Of a stretch of DNA of 64,000 nucleotides, positions 18,587-29,084 are shown piece after piece. Position 1 is the first letter of the stretch; each line of letters begins with the position of its first letter. The notes beneath the pieces are model-generated. The model was not told where the DNA came from. It was given only the letters and a program-made list of their open reading frames with translations, and did not search any database. The DNA lies in contig JACJVZ010000001.1 in NCBI GenBank assembly GCA_020637445.1, positions 1,583,947-1,647,946 on the forward strand, given 5' to 3'. The position numbers and the translations under genes are program-made. This DNA comes from Calditrichota bacterium (lineage in GTDB: Bacteria > Electryoneota > RPQS01).

Positions 18587-20081
18587 TTTCGGCTCCCGCG
18601 TGTTGAGGATTCAGTTCTAAGACTTTGCGGCACGTCGCGATTGCGTCGTCAAAAGATCCGGACTTCCATTGCGCACCGGAAAGGTGGAACCAGAAATCGA
18701 CGTCATCGGTATTCTCTTCGAGATATCTGGACAGCGCGGCGATCGCCTCTTGAGGCTTGTTTGCTTCCATAGACGATCTGTACAAATAGAAAACCGCTTC
18801 GCTGTTGCGCGGCTCACGTTCGACGACTTTCTTAAAGTGCTTTAGTGAATCGCTGTGCCGTCCGCGGGCCGCAAGACTAATTCCCAGCCCGAATTCGCCG
18901 CGCGTGGTTTCGGGATTTCGCGACAATGCCGCAAGGAAACCATACTGTGCCGCTGTCCAATTTTCTTGAAGCATTGCGACCGAGCCAAGACCAAGGAAAG
19001 GCCGTTCGGAATTGAAATCCGTTTCGGCAGCGTGCAGATAGGCTTCTTCCGCTTCTTCGGCCTTGTTCAAACGCGCCATGCAGTTGCCAAGCAATTGCCA
19101 CGTCTCGAACTCGTCGTCCGTTCCGAGCGTCAAGCGTTTTGACACAATACTATTCAATATCTTTGCGGCTTCTTCGTGTCTGCCTTCCAGGTACTTCTTT
19201 TGCGCCGTGTCCAGCATGATTTGGGGATTCGTACCGATTGCATTTGATTCGCCCTGTGTTTCAACATAGGCCCAACCGTTTCCCTTTTGCTGAATTTCCA
19301 ATCCATATGGCGCCAGATATTTATTGTCGTCTTGCTCAATGAGTCCGGTCCAACGAGTCGCGAAGAGAATCATGTTTTCGGCGTCGTGCGTTTTCCGCCC
19401 TTCTGTCGACTCTTCGTGATGCAAGATAGTACAGTCGGCACAGTAGTAGCTGCGGAGACCTTTTTGAGCAAGTTTTAGGCAGAGATCGACGTCCTCAAAG
19501 CCATTTTGATAACTTGCATCGAAGCCAAAGACAGACTCAAAGTGCTTCTTCTCAATTAACATGCATGCAGCGGTTACCGCGGCCATTTCGCGCGATTCGC
19601 AAATGGCGGGATGATCCGCTGCAAAGTTTTGGAAGATATGAAACGGCGTGCCTTCTTCGTCGAACGCAATTCCCGCGTGCTGTGCTTTACCATTCGGATA
19701 GATAAGTTTCGCACCGATCGCCGCGACTTCGGGATGTTTTGCAGCACACGAAGTCAGCACGTCCAAGTAGTTGTCGGGAACCTCGGTGTCGTTGTTCAAG
19801 AAGAGCAGGTACCTGCCGTTCGCGATTCGCGCACCACGGTTGCAGGCAGACGCAAATCCTTCGTTGAGTTTGTTGGCGACAACCGTGAAATCACCGTCGA
19901 TCGCATCCAACAATTCTCTCGTTCCATCCGTGGAACCGTTGTCGACGACGATTACCTCATACGTGACTTGATTTGTACTTCCGGCAATAGACTCGAGGCA
20001 ACGCTCCGTTAGATCACGACGATTGTGAACTGGAATAATGATACTGACGTCTTTTTGTAAAGATGGATTAGACAGCGACAT
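18543..20081 (-). CDS. GT2 glycosyltransferase with a C-terminal TPR-repeat region
   Basis: The track ORF starts at 20192. The internal Met (MSLSNPSLQKDVSIIIPVHN...) avoids a 125-nt overlap with the upstream gene. VSIIIPVHNRRDLTERCLESI...VIVVDNGSTDGT...LFLNNDTEV is a GT-A fold. The tail has repeated TPR-like helices (AEEAYLHAAETDF..., AIATCRKVLELNPQHAG). Confidence 0.7.
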   Translation of the reverse strand: MSLSNPSLQKDVSIIIPVHNRRDLTERCLESIAGSTNQVTYEVIVVDNGSTDGTRELLDAIDGDFTVVANKLNEGFASACNRGARIANGRYLLFLNNDTEVPDNYLDVLTSCAAKHPEVAAIGAKLIYPNGKAQHAGIAFDEEGTPFHIFQNFAADHPAICESREMAAVTAACMLIEKKHFESVFGFDASYQNGFEDVDLCLKLAQKGLRSYYCADCTILHHEESTEGRKTHDAENMILFATRWTGLIEQDDNKYLAPYGLEIQQKGNGWAYVETQGESNAIGTNPQIMLDTAQKKYLEGRHEEAAKILNSIVSKRLTLGTDDEFETWQLLGNCMARLNKAEEAEEAYLHAAETDFNSERPFLGLGSVAMLQENWTAAQYGFLAALSRNPETTRGEFGLGISLAARGRHSDSLKHFKKVVEREPRNSEAVFYLYRSSMEANKPQEAIAALSRYLEENTDDVDFWFHLSGAQWKSGSFDDAIATCRKVLELNPQHAGAESALRFMESRVGAAV

Positions 20082-22737
20082 GGACTCCTCCGGAAATATG
20101 TGCGCTTTGCAATTGTATTTTTGTATTCTTATTTCTCGTTGAAGCGAAATTGTTTTTAGTGGCAAGCGACTCGTAGGCCGAATGAATCGCATTGGCGAGC
20201 TTTTCGGATGAATACGATCTTGCGATCTGCGCGGCCGCCGGAGCCGGTCTCTTTGAGAGGGCGTTTGTCACAGCCGACGTAATAGATTCCAAATCCAGCG
20301 GGTCACAAGCATGAAAATGCTGCCGCGGCAAGTAATCTTCAATCGCTCCCCAATCAGAGGCTACCACCGGAACCCCGGCTGCCGCCGCTTCCAAATGCAC
20401 AAGTCCGGGAAGCTCGTAGAAGCTCGGTAACGCGTGAACGGCGGCGCCTTGGATCAATGCCGACATGACATTCCACGGAATTCGTTCGATAAATCTGACG
20501 GGAGCTTGACGCTTCCACATCCGCACGGCTTTTGAGTAGGGCGGCTGCGGAGTGTAACCGCCGGTGGCGAAAACTATGGGCACATCCACATTTTGCAGCG
20601 CTGCCAATAGAGCAAGCTGGTTCTTTCTTGTCTCAAGGCGGCCAATACACAGAACATATTCTTCGAAGCCCAATTTCTCGTAGAGAGATGTCAAGGCATT
20701 GGAATCCGCTGTTTGCGGCGGATCGACATGAAACGGCATGACAGAAACTCTCGAACCAATGTGCGGAAAGTCATCGCGTAAACGGTCTGCTTCCGAATTC
20801 GCACAGGCGAGAAAGAGATCTACTGTGTCGAGTGCCGAGGTGAAGTTCACGCTTTTGGCAGGCGAGTGGGACGCGAGCTTGCGAAGTCCGGGCGCAATCG
20901 ACTCAAAACCGGTTTCTCCAACGAGAAATGATCTGTAAACCGAGAACGATTCATGAGACGCATTAAGGAACTGCGGCCAGTCTTCGTACAAAGTCGTAAG
21001 AGCGAGCGGAATGCTGGCACTCTGCGCAATTTGGGCGACAGGTTCGAACTGTGCGGGCAACGTCATGTTCACGAAGTGAATGACGTCGGCTCGTTCGAGC
21101 TGATTTCGAGTAGAGGGGAAATAGACGTCCATCTCCCGCAACGCCGCCGCTGATTGCATTTGGCGCATAATTCTCGAATCTCCACCCGGCGCACTCCAAA
21201 CGTTGCTGCGGTTCACCATAGCGACTTGAAGCCGCCGCGAACGAACAGCACTGCGCTGTTTTGGAGCGGCGTGGCGTTCCATTCCTTCCAACAATGTCGC
21301 CACCACAGTTTCCCACTTCCACAATCTGGCGTGTTTCACACCCTTTTGAGAAACTTGAGAACGCAATTCCGAGTTGTTAGCCATTTCGATCATCGCAGCA
21401 GCAATCTCGCTCGAATTGAGCGGATCCACGACAACACCTGCATCAGCCACGGTTTCGCCCAGCGCGGACGTCTTTGAGGCAATCACCGGGCATCCCGCGG
21501 CCATCGCTTCAAGCGCGGGCAGTCCAAGCCCCTCACTTAAGGATACGAACACGGTCGCGAGCGCATTTGAATATAGACTTCTCAGCTTGTCGTCATCGAC
21601 GCCGCCAAGGCCAATCACATGTCCTTGCAGCGACAGAAGATTAAGCTGCGACAACAGACGACTCGTTTTCGATTCTGTCATTTCGCCGACAAGCACGAGC
21701 TTGCAGTCATCGGGGAGGCTCGGCAGCGCTTCGGCAAAAGAGACCAGCAGTCCCGCGATATTTTTTCGCGCGTCCGCCCCGCCGACATACAGGAAGAACG
21801 GGTAGTTGCGACTCGCCGAGTCTTCGTTGTTTGAAACGTGTTCAAAGAAGCTGTCTTCGACACCGCCGAAGATCGGAACAACTCGATCGGCAGGAAGGTT
21901 TAGCAGCGACTGACATTGTTCGCCAATGTAGCTGGAAATCGGAAACACCGCGACGGACTTTGACGCGAGAGTTTCGACATTCTCGAGATACTCGTCCACG
22001 AGTTGGTCATTTCCCACTAAATAGAGTTCAGGAAATTCCAAGGGAATAAAATCGTAGACAATCGACATCCACGGACAGTTGTGAACCGGCAGCTTTGAAA
22101 GGCGTTTGCCCGTAAGCACAGGCGTTGGATCCGTCAACAGGAACAAATCAAGGTCGTGATCACAGCCTGGTCCGAATTCGCGCGTACTTACGTTCTGGCC
22201 ATCAAAAAGCAACTTGAGTTCATCATCCACTTCCACAGTGGGTTCAGTGAGCAGGACAATTTGACGGGACTTAAGCAATGGTGCAAGGTGGCGAAAAGTG
22301 TTGACCAGATAGCGTCCGATGCCGCGTTTTCTGCTTGACGCGATGGACAGCGGGCGTAAGTCAATGCCGATCGTGCGAAAAGAAGAGCCTGAGCGCGACG
22401 GCGTGACGTGCTTGCTTTGAGCGCGAAATTCGCCGGAAAATGCGGCGAACCTCTTGCTGAGCTTTTGCAAAACATTCTGCTCGACGGAACGCAACTCGGA
22501 AACTGAGGGGCTGCGCAGAAGCGATGCCGTCCGTTGGCCGAAGTAAGAATACCATCCTTGTTCCGCTAAGCAGGCCGGGAAACTGGCCCTAATCAGTGTG
22601 AACTGATTCGCCGCCGAGGGTTCCTCTTCCGCCAAGATGAAGAGTCTGCTCCATCTCCGCTGGTAGGAGTTGTACTCCTGCGGCTCACAAGCAACTCTCC
22701 GGGCGAGATTTACAAAGGTTTCTTCTGACGCAGACAC
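20068..22737 (-). CDS. Large protein with two tandem GT4 (glycosyl transferase group 1) domains
   Basis: 889 aa. FFLYVGGADARKNIAGLL...SLSEGLGLPALEAMAAGCPVIAS and VLCIGRLETRKNQLALL...PSFYELPGLVHLEAAAAGVPVVAS are both E-x7-E type GT4 signatures. Confidence 0.75.
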   Translation of the reverse strand: MSASEETFVNLARRVACEPQEYNSYQRRWSRLFILAEEEPSAANQFTLIRASFPACLAEQGWYSYFGQRTASLLRSPSVSELRSVEQNVLQKLSKRFAAFSGEFRAQSKHVTPSRSGSSFRTIGIDLRPLSIASSRKRGIGRYLVNTFRHLAPLLKSRQIVLLTEPTVEVDDELKLLFDGQNVSTREFGPGCDHDLDLFLLTDPTPVLTGKRLSKLPVHNCPWMSIVYDFIPLEFPELYLVGNDQLVDEYLENVETLASKSVAVFPISSYIGEQCQSLLNLPADRVVPIFGGVEDSFFEHVSNNEDSASRNYPFFLYVGGADARKNIAGLLVSFAEALPSLPDDCKLVLVGEMTESKTSRLLSQLNLLSLQGHVIGLGGVDDDKLRSLYSNALATVFVSLSEGLGLPALEAMAAGCPVIASKTSALGETVADAGVVVDPLNSSEIAAAMIEMANNSELRSQVSQKGVKHARLWKWETVVATLLEGMERHAAPKQRSAVRSRRLQVAMVNRSNVWSAPGGDSRIMRQMQSAAALREMDVYFPSTRNQLERADVIHFVNMTLPAQFEPVAQIAQSASIPLALTTLYEDWPQFLNASHESFSVYRSFLVGETGFESIAPGLRKLASHSPAKSVNFTSALDTVDLFLACANSEADRLRDDFPHIGSRVSVMPFHVDPPQTADSNALTSLYEKLGFEEYVLCIGRLETRKNQLALLAALQNVDVPIVFATGGYTPQPPYSKAVRMWKRQAPVRFIERIPWNVMSALIQGAAVHALPSFYELPGLVHLEAAAAGVPVVASDWGAIEDYLPRQHFHACDPLDLESITSAVTNALSKRPAPAAAQIARSYSSEKLANAIHSAYESLATKNNFASTRNKNTKIQLQSAHISGGVHVAV

Positions 22738-22741
22738 AGTA

Positions 22742-23782
22742 CTACGGAGTTACCGCTGTTTGATTGACTCGACGTGCTCTCTTCTTTTCTGCAAACGCAT
22801 GCTTGGGGTTCGAAGCATTTCGCTTAGACAAGTCGTCAAAGTCCGCCTTTACCATCATCTCCACTAATCCATGGAAATCGACGGTCGGCGTCCAATGCAA
22901 TAGTTGTTTCGCTTTGGACGGGTCACCAACAAGCAGATCCACTTCCGCAGGACGAATGAGATCGGCACGGATTCTTACATGCTCGTCCGTTTTCAAACCG
23001 ACGACCTCAAATGCGGCATCGACAAATTCTTTAACGGAATGTGTGCTTCCAGTCGCGACGACGTAGTCGCCGGGCTGGTCCTGCTGCAGCATCCGCCACA
23101 TCGCATCCACGTAGTCCCCTGCGAATCCCCAATCACGACGTGCATCGAGATTGCCGAGTTCAAGATGTTTTTGCAGTCCCAACTTGATCGCGGCGACACT
23201 GCGGGAAATTTTACGAGTCACGAATTCCAGTCCACGCCGGGGAGACTCATGATTGAATAGAATGCCGCTGCAGGCGAACAGGTCGTACGATTCCCGCATA
23301 TTAACCGTGATGTAGTGGCCGTAAACCTTGGCAACGCCATACGGACTGCGCGGATAGAACGGCGTGGACTCACGCTGCGGAACTTCGAGTACTTTTCCGA
23401 ACATTTCCGAAGAGGACGCTTGATAAAATCTCGCATACGGACACACGGTGCGCATGGCTTCGAGCAATCTTGCCACGCCCAAAGCGGTAAATTCACCGGT
23501 GAGAATCGGTTGGTCCCACGACGCGGGAACGAAGCTTTGCGCTGCGAGATTGTAGATTTCGTCAGGCTTAGAGTTCTTCAGCACTTTCTCAAGCGAGTTC
23601 GCGTCCAACAAGTCGCCTTGGACCAAATTGATCTTCTCGCGCAAGTGCTCGATGCGAGCAAAGTTTTCCGTGCTGGAACGTCTGACCATTCCGAAAACGG
23701 TGTACCCTTTATCAAGCAGCAATTCAGCAAGGTAACTTCCGTCTTGTCCGGTGATTCCGGTAATGAGTGCTCGTTTTGACAT
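22742..23782 (-). CDS. gmd: GDP-mannose 4,6-dehydratase
   Basis: 346 aa. [19 protein letters not shown] is a Rossmann motif. YxxxK and the HESPRRG region are characteristic of Gmd. It lies 1 nt after flgL. Confidence 0.9.
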   Translation of the reverse strand: MSKRALITGITGQDGSYLAELLLDKGYTVFGMVRRSSTENFARIEHLREKINLVQGDLLDANSLEKVLKNSKPDEIYNLAAQSFVPASWDQPILTGEFTALGVARLLEAMRTVCPYARFYQASSSEMFGKVLEVPQRESTPFYPRSPYGVAKVYGHYITVNMRESYDLFACSGILFNHESPRRGLEFVTRKISRSVAAIKLGLQKHLELGNLDARRDWGFAGDYVDAMWRMLQQDQPGDYVVATGSTHSVKEFVDAAFEVVGLKTDEHVRIRADLIRPAEVDLLVGDPSKAKQLLHWTPTVDFHGLVEMMVKADFDDLSKRNASNPKHAFAEKKRARRVNQTAVTP

Positions 23783-23783
23783 G

Positions 23784-24734
23784 TTAACCCAGATAGTCTA
23801 TGAGTGACCGGTTCAGAACCCGGGATTGAATTGCAACCAACGCGTTGTAAACTCCTTCTTCCACCGCAAGTCTGCTGACGAGATCCGTCATCTCGGCTCC
23901 TTGCGCGTTTTCAAGTCTATCCGTCCAATCAATCTTGGAAGCACTGAGCTCGGCGAGTTTGTTGTTTAGGCGCTGACCCAACGAACCAAGATACGTTTGT
24001 TGTTCAACGATTCGATTGCGGATGTCGTCCAGATTGGCGCGCAGGGCGTGAGTGCTGAGCGTCTCTTCTTCGCCGTCCGGCGGAGTATTGTCGTTTGCGA
24101 TTGTATCGCGCAGATTTCGGATAACATAGAACAAGTCGGAGGCCGTGTTTTCTTCGCCGGTAGGTTGGAAGATACGGTCGCCTGTGACGTTAATCGCGAC
24201 ATTCTCACCTTCGTCAATTGTCCGGTAGATCTTCCCTTCAATCGACTCAGAAGCCGCGGTGACATTCGTGATCAAACCGTTTTCGTCGCGCTCGATTTCA
24301 AACGGCGATTGGAGCGTACCATGACCTGCGAAAAGATAGCGGTCTCCAAACTGAGCATTTGCATACTCCATCAACGATTCGAGCTTTTGGTTCAGCTCTT
24401 GTGCCGCGAACGTCCGGTCCTCAGCGGTCGCATGGTCATTGTCCACCGAAAGCGCCAGCGCATCGATCTCGTTGATCAGGTCGACAATCGACGTGAGTTT
24501 GCCGTCGGCCGCAGAAACAAATCCCTGTCCGTTTTCTATGTTGCGTTGATATTGGGCGATGGATTCGAGCTGCGAGCGCGCATTTAGCGCTTTGTCCGCG
24601 GAGACCACATCTTCAGAGGGTTGGAACAGGCTTTTGCCGGTTCCAAGTTCCTGCTGTATTCGCGTCATGTTGTACAAACGCTGTTCAACATCGCGAACAA
24701 AGCTTTGGTGCTGCTGTAAATGAGAAACTCGCAT
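23784..24734 (-). CDS. flgL: Hook-filament junction protein FlgL (HAP3)
   Basis: 316 aa. Flagellin-like N- and C-terminal helices ([20 protein letters not shown]... and ...[18 protein letters not shown]). Located directly after flgK. Confidence 0.75.
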   Translation of the reverse strand: MRVSHLQQHQSFVRDVEQRLYNMTRIQQELGTGKSLFQPSEDVVSADKALNARSQLESIAQYQRNIENGQGFVSAADGKLTSIVDLINEIDALALSVDNDHATAEDRTFAAQELNQKLESLMEYANAQFGDRYLFAGHGTLQSPFEIERDENGLITNVTAASESIEGKIYRTIDEGENVAINVTGDRIFQPTGEENTASDLFYVIRNLRDTIANDNTPPDGEEETLSTHALRANLDDIRNRIVEQQTYLGSLGQRLNNKLAELSASKIDWTDRLENAQGAEMTDLVSRLAVEEGVYNALVAIQSRVLNRSLIDYLG

Positions 24735-24735
24735 A

Positions 24736-26115
24736 TTACTGCTTCAGGCTAAGAACTGTTTGCATCATTTCGTCAACGGTCTGGACGATCTTTGCCGCCG
24801 CTTCGTAGGCTTTTTGCGCTTCGAGCAAGTGCGCCATTTCTTCGTCAAGACTAACACCGCTGATCGAGAATCTCCGGTTGACGGCGTTATTGAGAACTGC
24901 GGCCTCAATGTCGTTTTGTTGAATTGCGGCGGCCCGTTTACTGCCAGCTTCGAGCGGAATATTGCGCAGCATTTGGTCAAGCGTTATGCCGGACGAAGTG
25001 GCTTGCGTTTGCAGTCCCGCGATGGCCAGGGCGATTGAATTGTCGCCGGGAGCATCGCTGGCCGAAGCGGACGCAATTCGCGAGGGATCTTCAAGAATCG
25101 CATTGGATACGGCAAGATCTTGAACGCCCGTTACGCCGGGAGCGAAGAACTCGTTGCCGCTGGAACCGTCAAGACCGTAACCCGTTGTATGAACCGAGTT
25201 GACGGCGGTCGCGAATTCGCGGGCGAAGCTATCGAGTTGTTCGAGAAGTTTGGGGAGTTCTTGGTCACGCTGCTCAAAGAGTGCTCCCAATTCTCCACCG
25301 TTTGCTTTCCAATGTGAACCCGAAGTTCCGAGAGTCAGGACGACTTCCCGTTTCGGATCTGTGTCGACGCGGTCGATCGTCAGCGGAACGGCAAGGTCTC
25401 TTTGGACCATGATATGTCCGCCGCTGTAGACATTGATGGAACCGTCTGATTGCTCCTGCACAGACACGTCCGTCAAGCCGGATAGCTGCTCAACCAACAG
25501 GTCGCGGGAATCACGGAGGTCAGACGCTTCTTCACCACCAAGTTCACTTTGAACGATACGCACGTTGAGCTCGGCGATAGCGGAAGTCAGGTCATTAACT
25601 TGTTCGGCGCCGGCGGTAATGCGCGCATTGACGTCTTCGATTTGGTCGCTGAGATTTTTGTGAACACGCTTTAGAGTGCTGACTAACGCGCTGGCACGGT
25701 CACGCAGCGAGTAGCGCGGCGTCATACTTTCAGGATCATTGGCGAGGTCTTGCCAGCCCTGCCAAAAGTCATCCATTAGAGAGCCGAGGTTGTTGTCGCC
25801 GAGCGCATTGAAGACGTCTTCAACTCTGCCGAGTTGATCTTCACGCGAACTCCAATACGAAGAAACGGTGGTGCTATCGCGGATTTGCGAATCAAGTAGC
25901 GTGTCGCGGATTCTTCCGAGCCTGTCAACATCGACGCCAGAACCGAGATTCCATTGACCCGTTGATCCGGGCGGCGAGGTTCCAAGGTCAATCCGGCGGC
26001 GCGAGTACCCCTCGGTGCCAGCATTGGTCGTATTGTGTCCAATCACTTGCATGGCAAGCTGCTGCACCTGCAACGCACGGCGTCCCTGTTGGAGAATATT
26101 CGAGAGAGAACTCAT
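24736..26115 (-). CDS. flgK: Hook-associated protein FlgK (HAP1)
   Basis: 459 aa. N-terminal ...QQLAMQVIGHNTTNAGTEGYSRRRIDL matches the FlgK rod/hook-family N-terminal motif (NNIANANTPGYSRQ). The C-terminus ...LEAQKAYEAAAKIVQTVDEMMQTVLSLK is also consistent. Confidence 0.85.
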   Translation of the reverse strand: MSSLSNILQQGRRALQVQQLAMQVIGHNTTNAGTEGYSRRRIDLGTSPPGSTGQWNLGSGVDVDRLGRIRDTLLDSQIRDSTTVSSYWSSREDQLGRVEDVFNALGDNNLGSLMDDFWQGWQDLANDPESMTPRYSLRDRASALVSTLKRVHKNLSDQIEDVNARITAGAEQVNDLTSAIAELNVRIVQSELGGEEASDLRDSRDLLVEQLSGLTDVSVQEQSDGSINVYSGGHIMVQRDLAVPLTIDRVDTDPKREVVLTLGTSGSHWKANGGELGALFEQRDQELPKLLEQLDSFAREFATAVNSVHTTGYGLDGSSGNEFFAPGVTGVQDLAVSNAILEDPSRIASASASDAPGDNSIALAIAGLQTQATSSGITLDQMLRNIPLEAGSKRAAAIQQNDIEAAVLNNAVNRRFSISGVSLDEEMAHLLEAQKAYEAAAKIVQTVDEMMQTVLSLKQ

Positions 26116-26116
26116 C

Positions 26117-26479
26117 TTATGCCTTTCGGTCGATCATGATGGAATGTCCGCCGCGGCGTCCGTCATAATTGCAGGTTGCTTCAATCGTCTCGAGTAACTC
26201 GACAGTCGCTTTCAGGCTCTCGTCGAGAATACGCCGGGAGATTTCCAGGGTACGCAGCGCATCTTGCCGCACCGCCACAAAGCGGCGGCGCATTTGCTGC
26301 TGCTCATTGCGGGGAAGCGCGCGCTGTGCACGAAGCAAACGCACCAGCGTGGCTTCGACTTCCGTAGATTCGCCTTCGATACCTGTGAGTTCGTTTCTGC
26401 GCAGGCGCTGTTCAAGGTGCTGAATATGAATTTTCAGACAACCAAGTTCGCGGACAAATTCGTGGGCTTCAGGACTCAC
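26117..26479 (-). CDS. Putative FlgN-like export chaperone (by position upstream of flgK-flgL)
   Basis: 120 aa helical protein between the rod-binding protein and flgK. No strong motif; assignment by synteny only. Confidence 0.35.
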   Translation of the reverse strand: MSPEAHEFVRELGCLKIHIQHLEQRLRRNELTGIEGESTEVEATLVRLLRAQRALPRNEQQQMRRRFVAVRQDALRTLEISRRILDESLKATVELLETIEATCNYDGRRGGHSIMIDRKA

Positions 26480-26772
26480 TTATCTTCCTTCCTTGCAGCG
26501 ACGGCCGCTTTCAATTGCTCGTAGACACCGAGATCAATGGACTCCGCCAGTTTGGAGGCGAGTTCCCACTCGGCCATAGCTCCGATCGTATGTCCCTCCA
26601 CTCCGCTCCCGAACATGGACTGACCGTCGAGGTCTTTTTGCAGCTCTTGGACAAGTTGGTGCGTCAAGAGAGTTTCAAATCCTTTGGCAGCTTTTTTCAG
26701 TTCGGCGTCGGAGTCAGCTTTTTCAAGCGTGTTCTTGACGGGAACGAAAGAGTTTGCGGGTGTAATCTTCAT
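26476..26772 (-). CDS. flgJ: Rod-binding protein (FlgJ N-terminal domain only, no muramidase domain)
   Basis: 98 aa. AAKGFETLLTHQLVQELQKDLDGQSMFGSGVEGHTIGAMAEWELASKLAESIDLG fits the Rod-binding pattern (aa.FEalfl..mlksmr...f...ee.y.dmld.qla). Confidence 0.6.
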   Translation of the reverse strand: MKITPANSFVPVKNTLEKADSDAELKKAAKGFETLLTHQLVQELQKDLDGQSMFGSGVEGHTIGAMAEWELASKLAESIDLGVYEQLKAAVAARKEDK

Positions 26773-27860
26773 TAGATGATAACCAGCTCTGCACGGAGCG
26801 CGCCGGCAGCCTTTAGTCCTTGGAAAATTGCAATCATGTCGCGCGGTGTGACCCCAAGCGAATTCAGCATCCGCGCAACTTCGCCGGCGGACGCACCACC
26901 GCCGATTTCTTTCAATCCTTCCCCCGCATTCTCGACGGAAATCGTACTTTGTTTTTCGACGACGGTCTCGCCTTGTCCAAATTGATTCGGTTGGCTGATG
27001 ACGGGCCGTTCGGAAATTTCTACCGTGAGATTTCCGTGCGCAATAGCCGTTGGCAACAGAGTAACGGCCGTTCCGACCACGATAGTACCGGTGCGCTCGT
27101 TGATGACGATTTTGTCCGTACCGTCGGGGTTTACTTCGATGTCTTCGATCGCGGATTGAAACTCGAAACGATCACTCTGTGTTTCGTACATTGGAGGCAC
27201 GTTCACGACGATCATCGACGGATCTTCCGTGCGGGCAGCATCGACAAAAACACCGTTAATCGCTTTAGTGATGTTAACGGCCATCCTCAAATCAGGCTGT
27301 TCAAGCATGAGCACGATGCTGTCGGACGGAGCGGGCAATTCCGGGCCATCTTCAAAAAGTATCGTGCCGCTCGGAATACGTCCGGCGACAGCATGATTGC
27401 GGGATACACGAGTGCCGCCTGTCTCAAAGTTGAATCCACCAATGGAAACGGGTCCCTGAACTTCGGCAATGGGATTGCCCCAGGGATCGGCGAGTACGGT
27501 TCGCAACAGAGTTCCGCCTTGAAGGCTCGTTGCATCACCAAGCGAAGACACGAGCGCATCCAAGCGCGAACCGCGACGCGAGCCTGCAGGCATTTCACAG
27601 GATACCATAACGGCGGCGACGTTTTTCAATTTTAGTTCGCCGGGTGCGACTTCGATTCCAAACTGCTTGAGCATGGTCGCAAAAGTCTGCGGAGTGAACG
27701 TCGATTTACTGCCATCGCCCGTTCCGGCCAATCCGACGATGAGACCGTAACCCGTCAGAGAGACGGGAGTGGTGTTCGGATAATTGGTCAAATCACCGAT
27801 GCGAACACCGGCGGAACTGATCGAGAACGACGCGAGCAATATGAACAGGATAGCTCTCAT
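26772..27860 (-). CDS. flgI: P-ring protein FlgI
   Basis: 362 aa with a signal peptide. RIGDLTNY...LTGYGLIVGLAGTGDG is the FlgI signature. Confidence 0.9.
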   Translation of the reverse strand: MRAILFILLASFSISSAGVRIGDLTNYPNTTPVSLTGYGLIVGLAGTGDGSKSTFTPQTFATMLKQFGIEVAPGELKLKNVAAVMVSCEMPAGSRRGSRLDALVSSLGDATSLQGGTLLRTVLADPWGNPIAEVQGPVSIGGFNFETGGTRVSRNHAVAGRIPSGTILFEDGPELPAPSDSIVLMLEQPDLRMAVNITKAINGVFVDAARTEDPSMIVVNVPPMYETQSDRFEFQSAIEDIEVNPDGTDKIVINERTGTIVVGTAVTLLPTAIAHGNLTVEISERPVISQPNQFGQGETVVEKQSTISVENAGEGLKEIGGGASAGEVARMLNSLGVTPRDMIAIFQGLKAAGALRAELVII

Positions 27861-28441
27861 TAGAAGATCCAGTCGAAGATGCGAGCAAAAATTCCGGGGC
27901 GTTCCGTATTAGCGAGGACGCCTTTTCCTTTATAGGAGATTTCGGCGTCGCCGATCAAATCGGACGTAATCGTATTTGCCGGAGTGATGTCTGACTGACG
28001 CACGGTGCCGGAGAGAATCGTCAATTGACGTTCGCCATTAATGACAACGGATTTTTCACCTTCGATACGCAAGTCACCGTTGGGCAGGACTTCAACCACT
28101 CTCGCGACAACACTTGCGCGAAGCGAACCTTGACGAGTCGTGGTGCCCGTTCCTTTGTGTTCGCTTTTGGACGATCCGCTGCCGGAAAGCAGAGGTATAA
28201 AATCTAAGGCGCCGGTACCGCCCGCGGAAAGTTCGGCGTCGTATTCGCCTTTCGTATTGGTGCGAGCCGACGCGGAGGCCAGCGAATTTTCGATAATCAG
28301 AACCGTCACTTGATCGCCGACGTTGCGCGCGATGCAATCACTGTACATCGACGGCGCAAGTCCGCGCGAGTGTGAACCGTTCGCAAAGGCAAACAGCGGC
28401 ACGAGAATCAAGCTAAGGAATCCAACGCAGCGTAGCATCAT
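27860..28441 (-). CDS. flgH: L-ring protein FlgH
   Basis: 193 aa. N-terminal hydrophobic leader. ARNVGDQVTVLIIENSLASASARTNT matches the FlgH core. Confidence 0.85.
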   Translation of the reverse strand: MMLRCVGFLSLILVPLFAFANGSHSRGLAPSMYSDCIARNVGDQVTVLIIENSLASASARTNTKGEYDAELSAGGTGALDFIPLLSGSGSSKSEHKGTGTTTRQGSLRASVVARVVEVLPNGDLRIEGEKSVVINGERQLTILSGTVRQSDITPANTITSDLIGDAEISYKGKGVLANTERPGIFARIFDWIF

Positions 28442-29084
28442 CTTGAATGACTCCTACAAGTCGGTTTTTGTCAACTTCGGGGACGCGCACGGGAATTTTC
28501 TCGCCGACGCCGCCTTCTTTCATGGCAATTCCGTCGACTTTCACTGTCACGCCGTTGCGTTCGTACATTATCGTAACGGGATCGCCGGACTGAATGACGG
28601 GACGCGGGCGAACATCCGTGGCAAGAATCGCGCGGCCCGGAATCAACGGGCGCACAGCGAGCTTGCCGATTATGGCATCACGATCAAGCAGAGCGGTCGT
28701 GCGCAGACTGCTCCACTCACAGGTCAGCGACGCAAGCATGTCACCGCTGATCTTTTCTCCGATTTTCACACGCGAAGCGACGCTGAAGGCCTGGCCGAAG
28801 ATTCGCGCTTTGCCTTTGAACGTCACACGTTTGTGCTCTCCATTTGTATCCGTACCGGTCAAAGTGACCGTCATGATGCCATAGGAACAGGACTCAATCG
28901 GAGCGGAAGGTTCGATGTTGGTCAACTCGTTCAGCCTCGCGGGATCTCCGAAGATCGGCATCCACGTACAGGAGACTTCGTGCGGCTGCCAAGAGAGTGC
29001 TATCAGTCTTTCAAGCACGGTATAGTCTTGCGCGACGGCCATGTTAGTTATCAGGCAAAGTGTGAACAACCAACCAAGTTTCAT
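28413..29084 (-). CDS. flgA: P-ring assembly chaperone FlgA
   Basis: 223 aa with a signal peptide. The C-terminal SAF-type domain (RPLIPGRAILATDVRPRPVIQSGDPVTIMYERNGVTVKVDGIAMKEGGVGEKIPVRV) is typical of FlgA. Confidence 0.75.
   Translation of the reverse strand: MKLGWLFTLCLITNMAVAQDYTVLERLIALSWQPHEVSCTWMPIFGDPARLNELTNIEPSAPIESCSYGIMTVTLTGTDTNGEHKRVTFKGKARIFGQAFSVASRVKIGEKISGDMLASLTCEWSSLRTTALLDRDAIIGKLAVRPLIPGRAILATDVRPRPVIQSGDPVTIMYERNGVTVKVDGIAMKEGGVGEKIPVRVPEVDKNRLVGVIQDDATLRWIP

Noticed and set aside
18543-20192. Track start codon at 20192 for the GT2-TPR gene, and likewise 39731 for the HDOD gene, 40752 for fliP, 46510 for flgD and 57844 for flgC
   Set aside because: Each would create a long overlap with the upstream gene. 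Internal ATG or GTG codons give ATGA/GTGA-type junctions or better SD and promoter spacing, so the shorter forms were preferred. The longer forms remain possible.
11167-23782. Possibility that the glycosyltransferase block is a horizontally acquired mobile island
   Set aside because: No integrase, transposase, tRNA or flanking direct repeats are visible. The genes are translationally coupled to flgL and the rod/ring genes, which argues for an integral part of the flagellar regulon.
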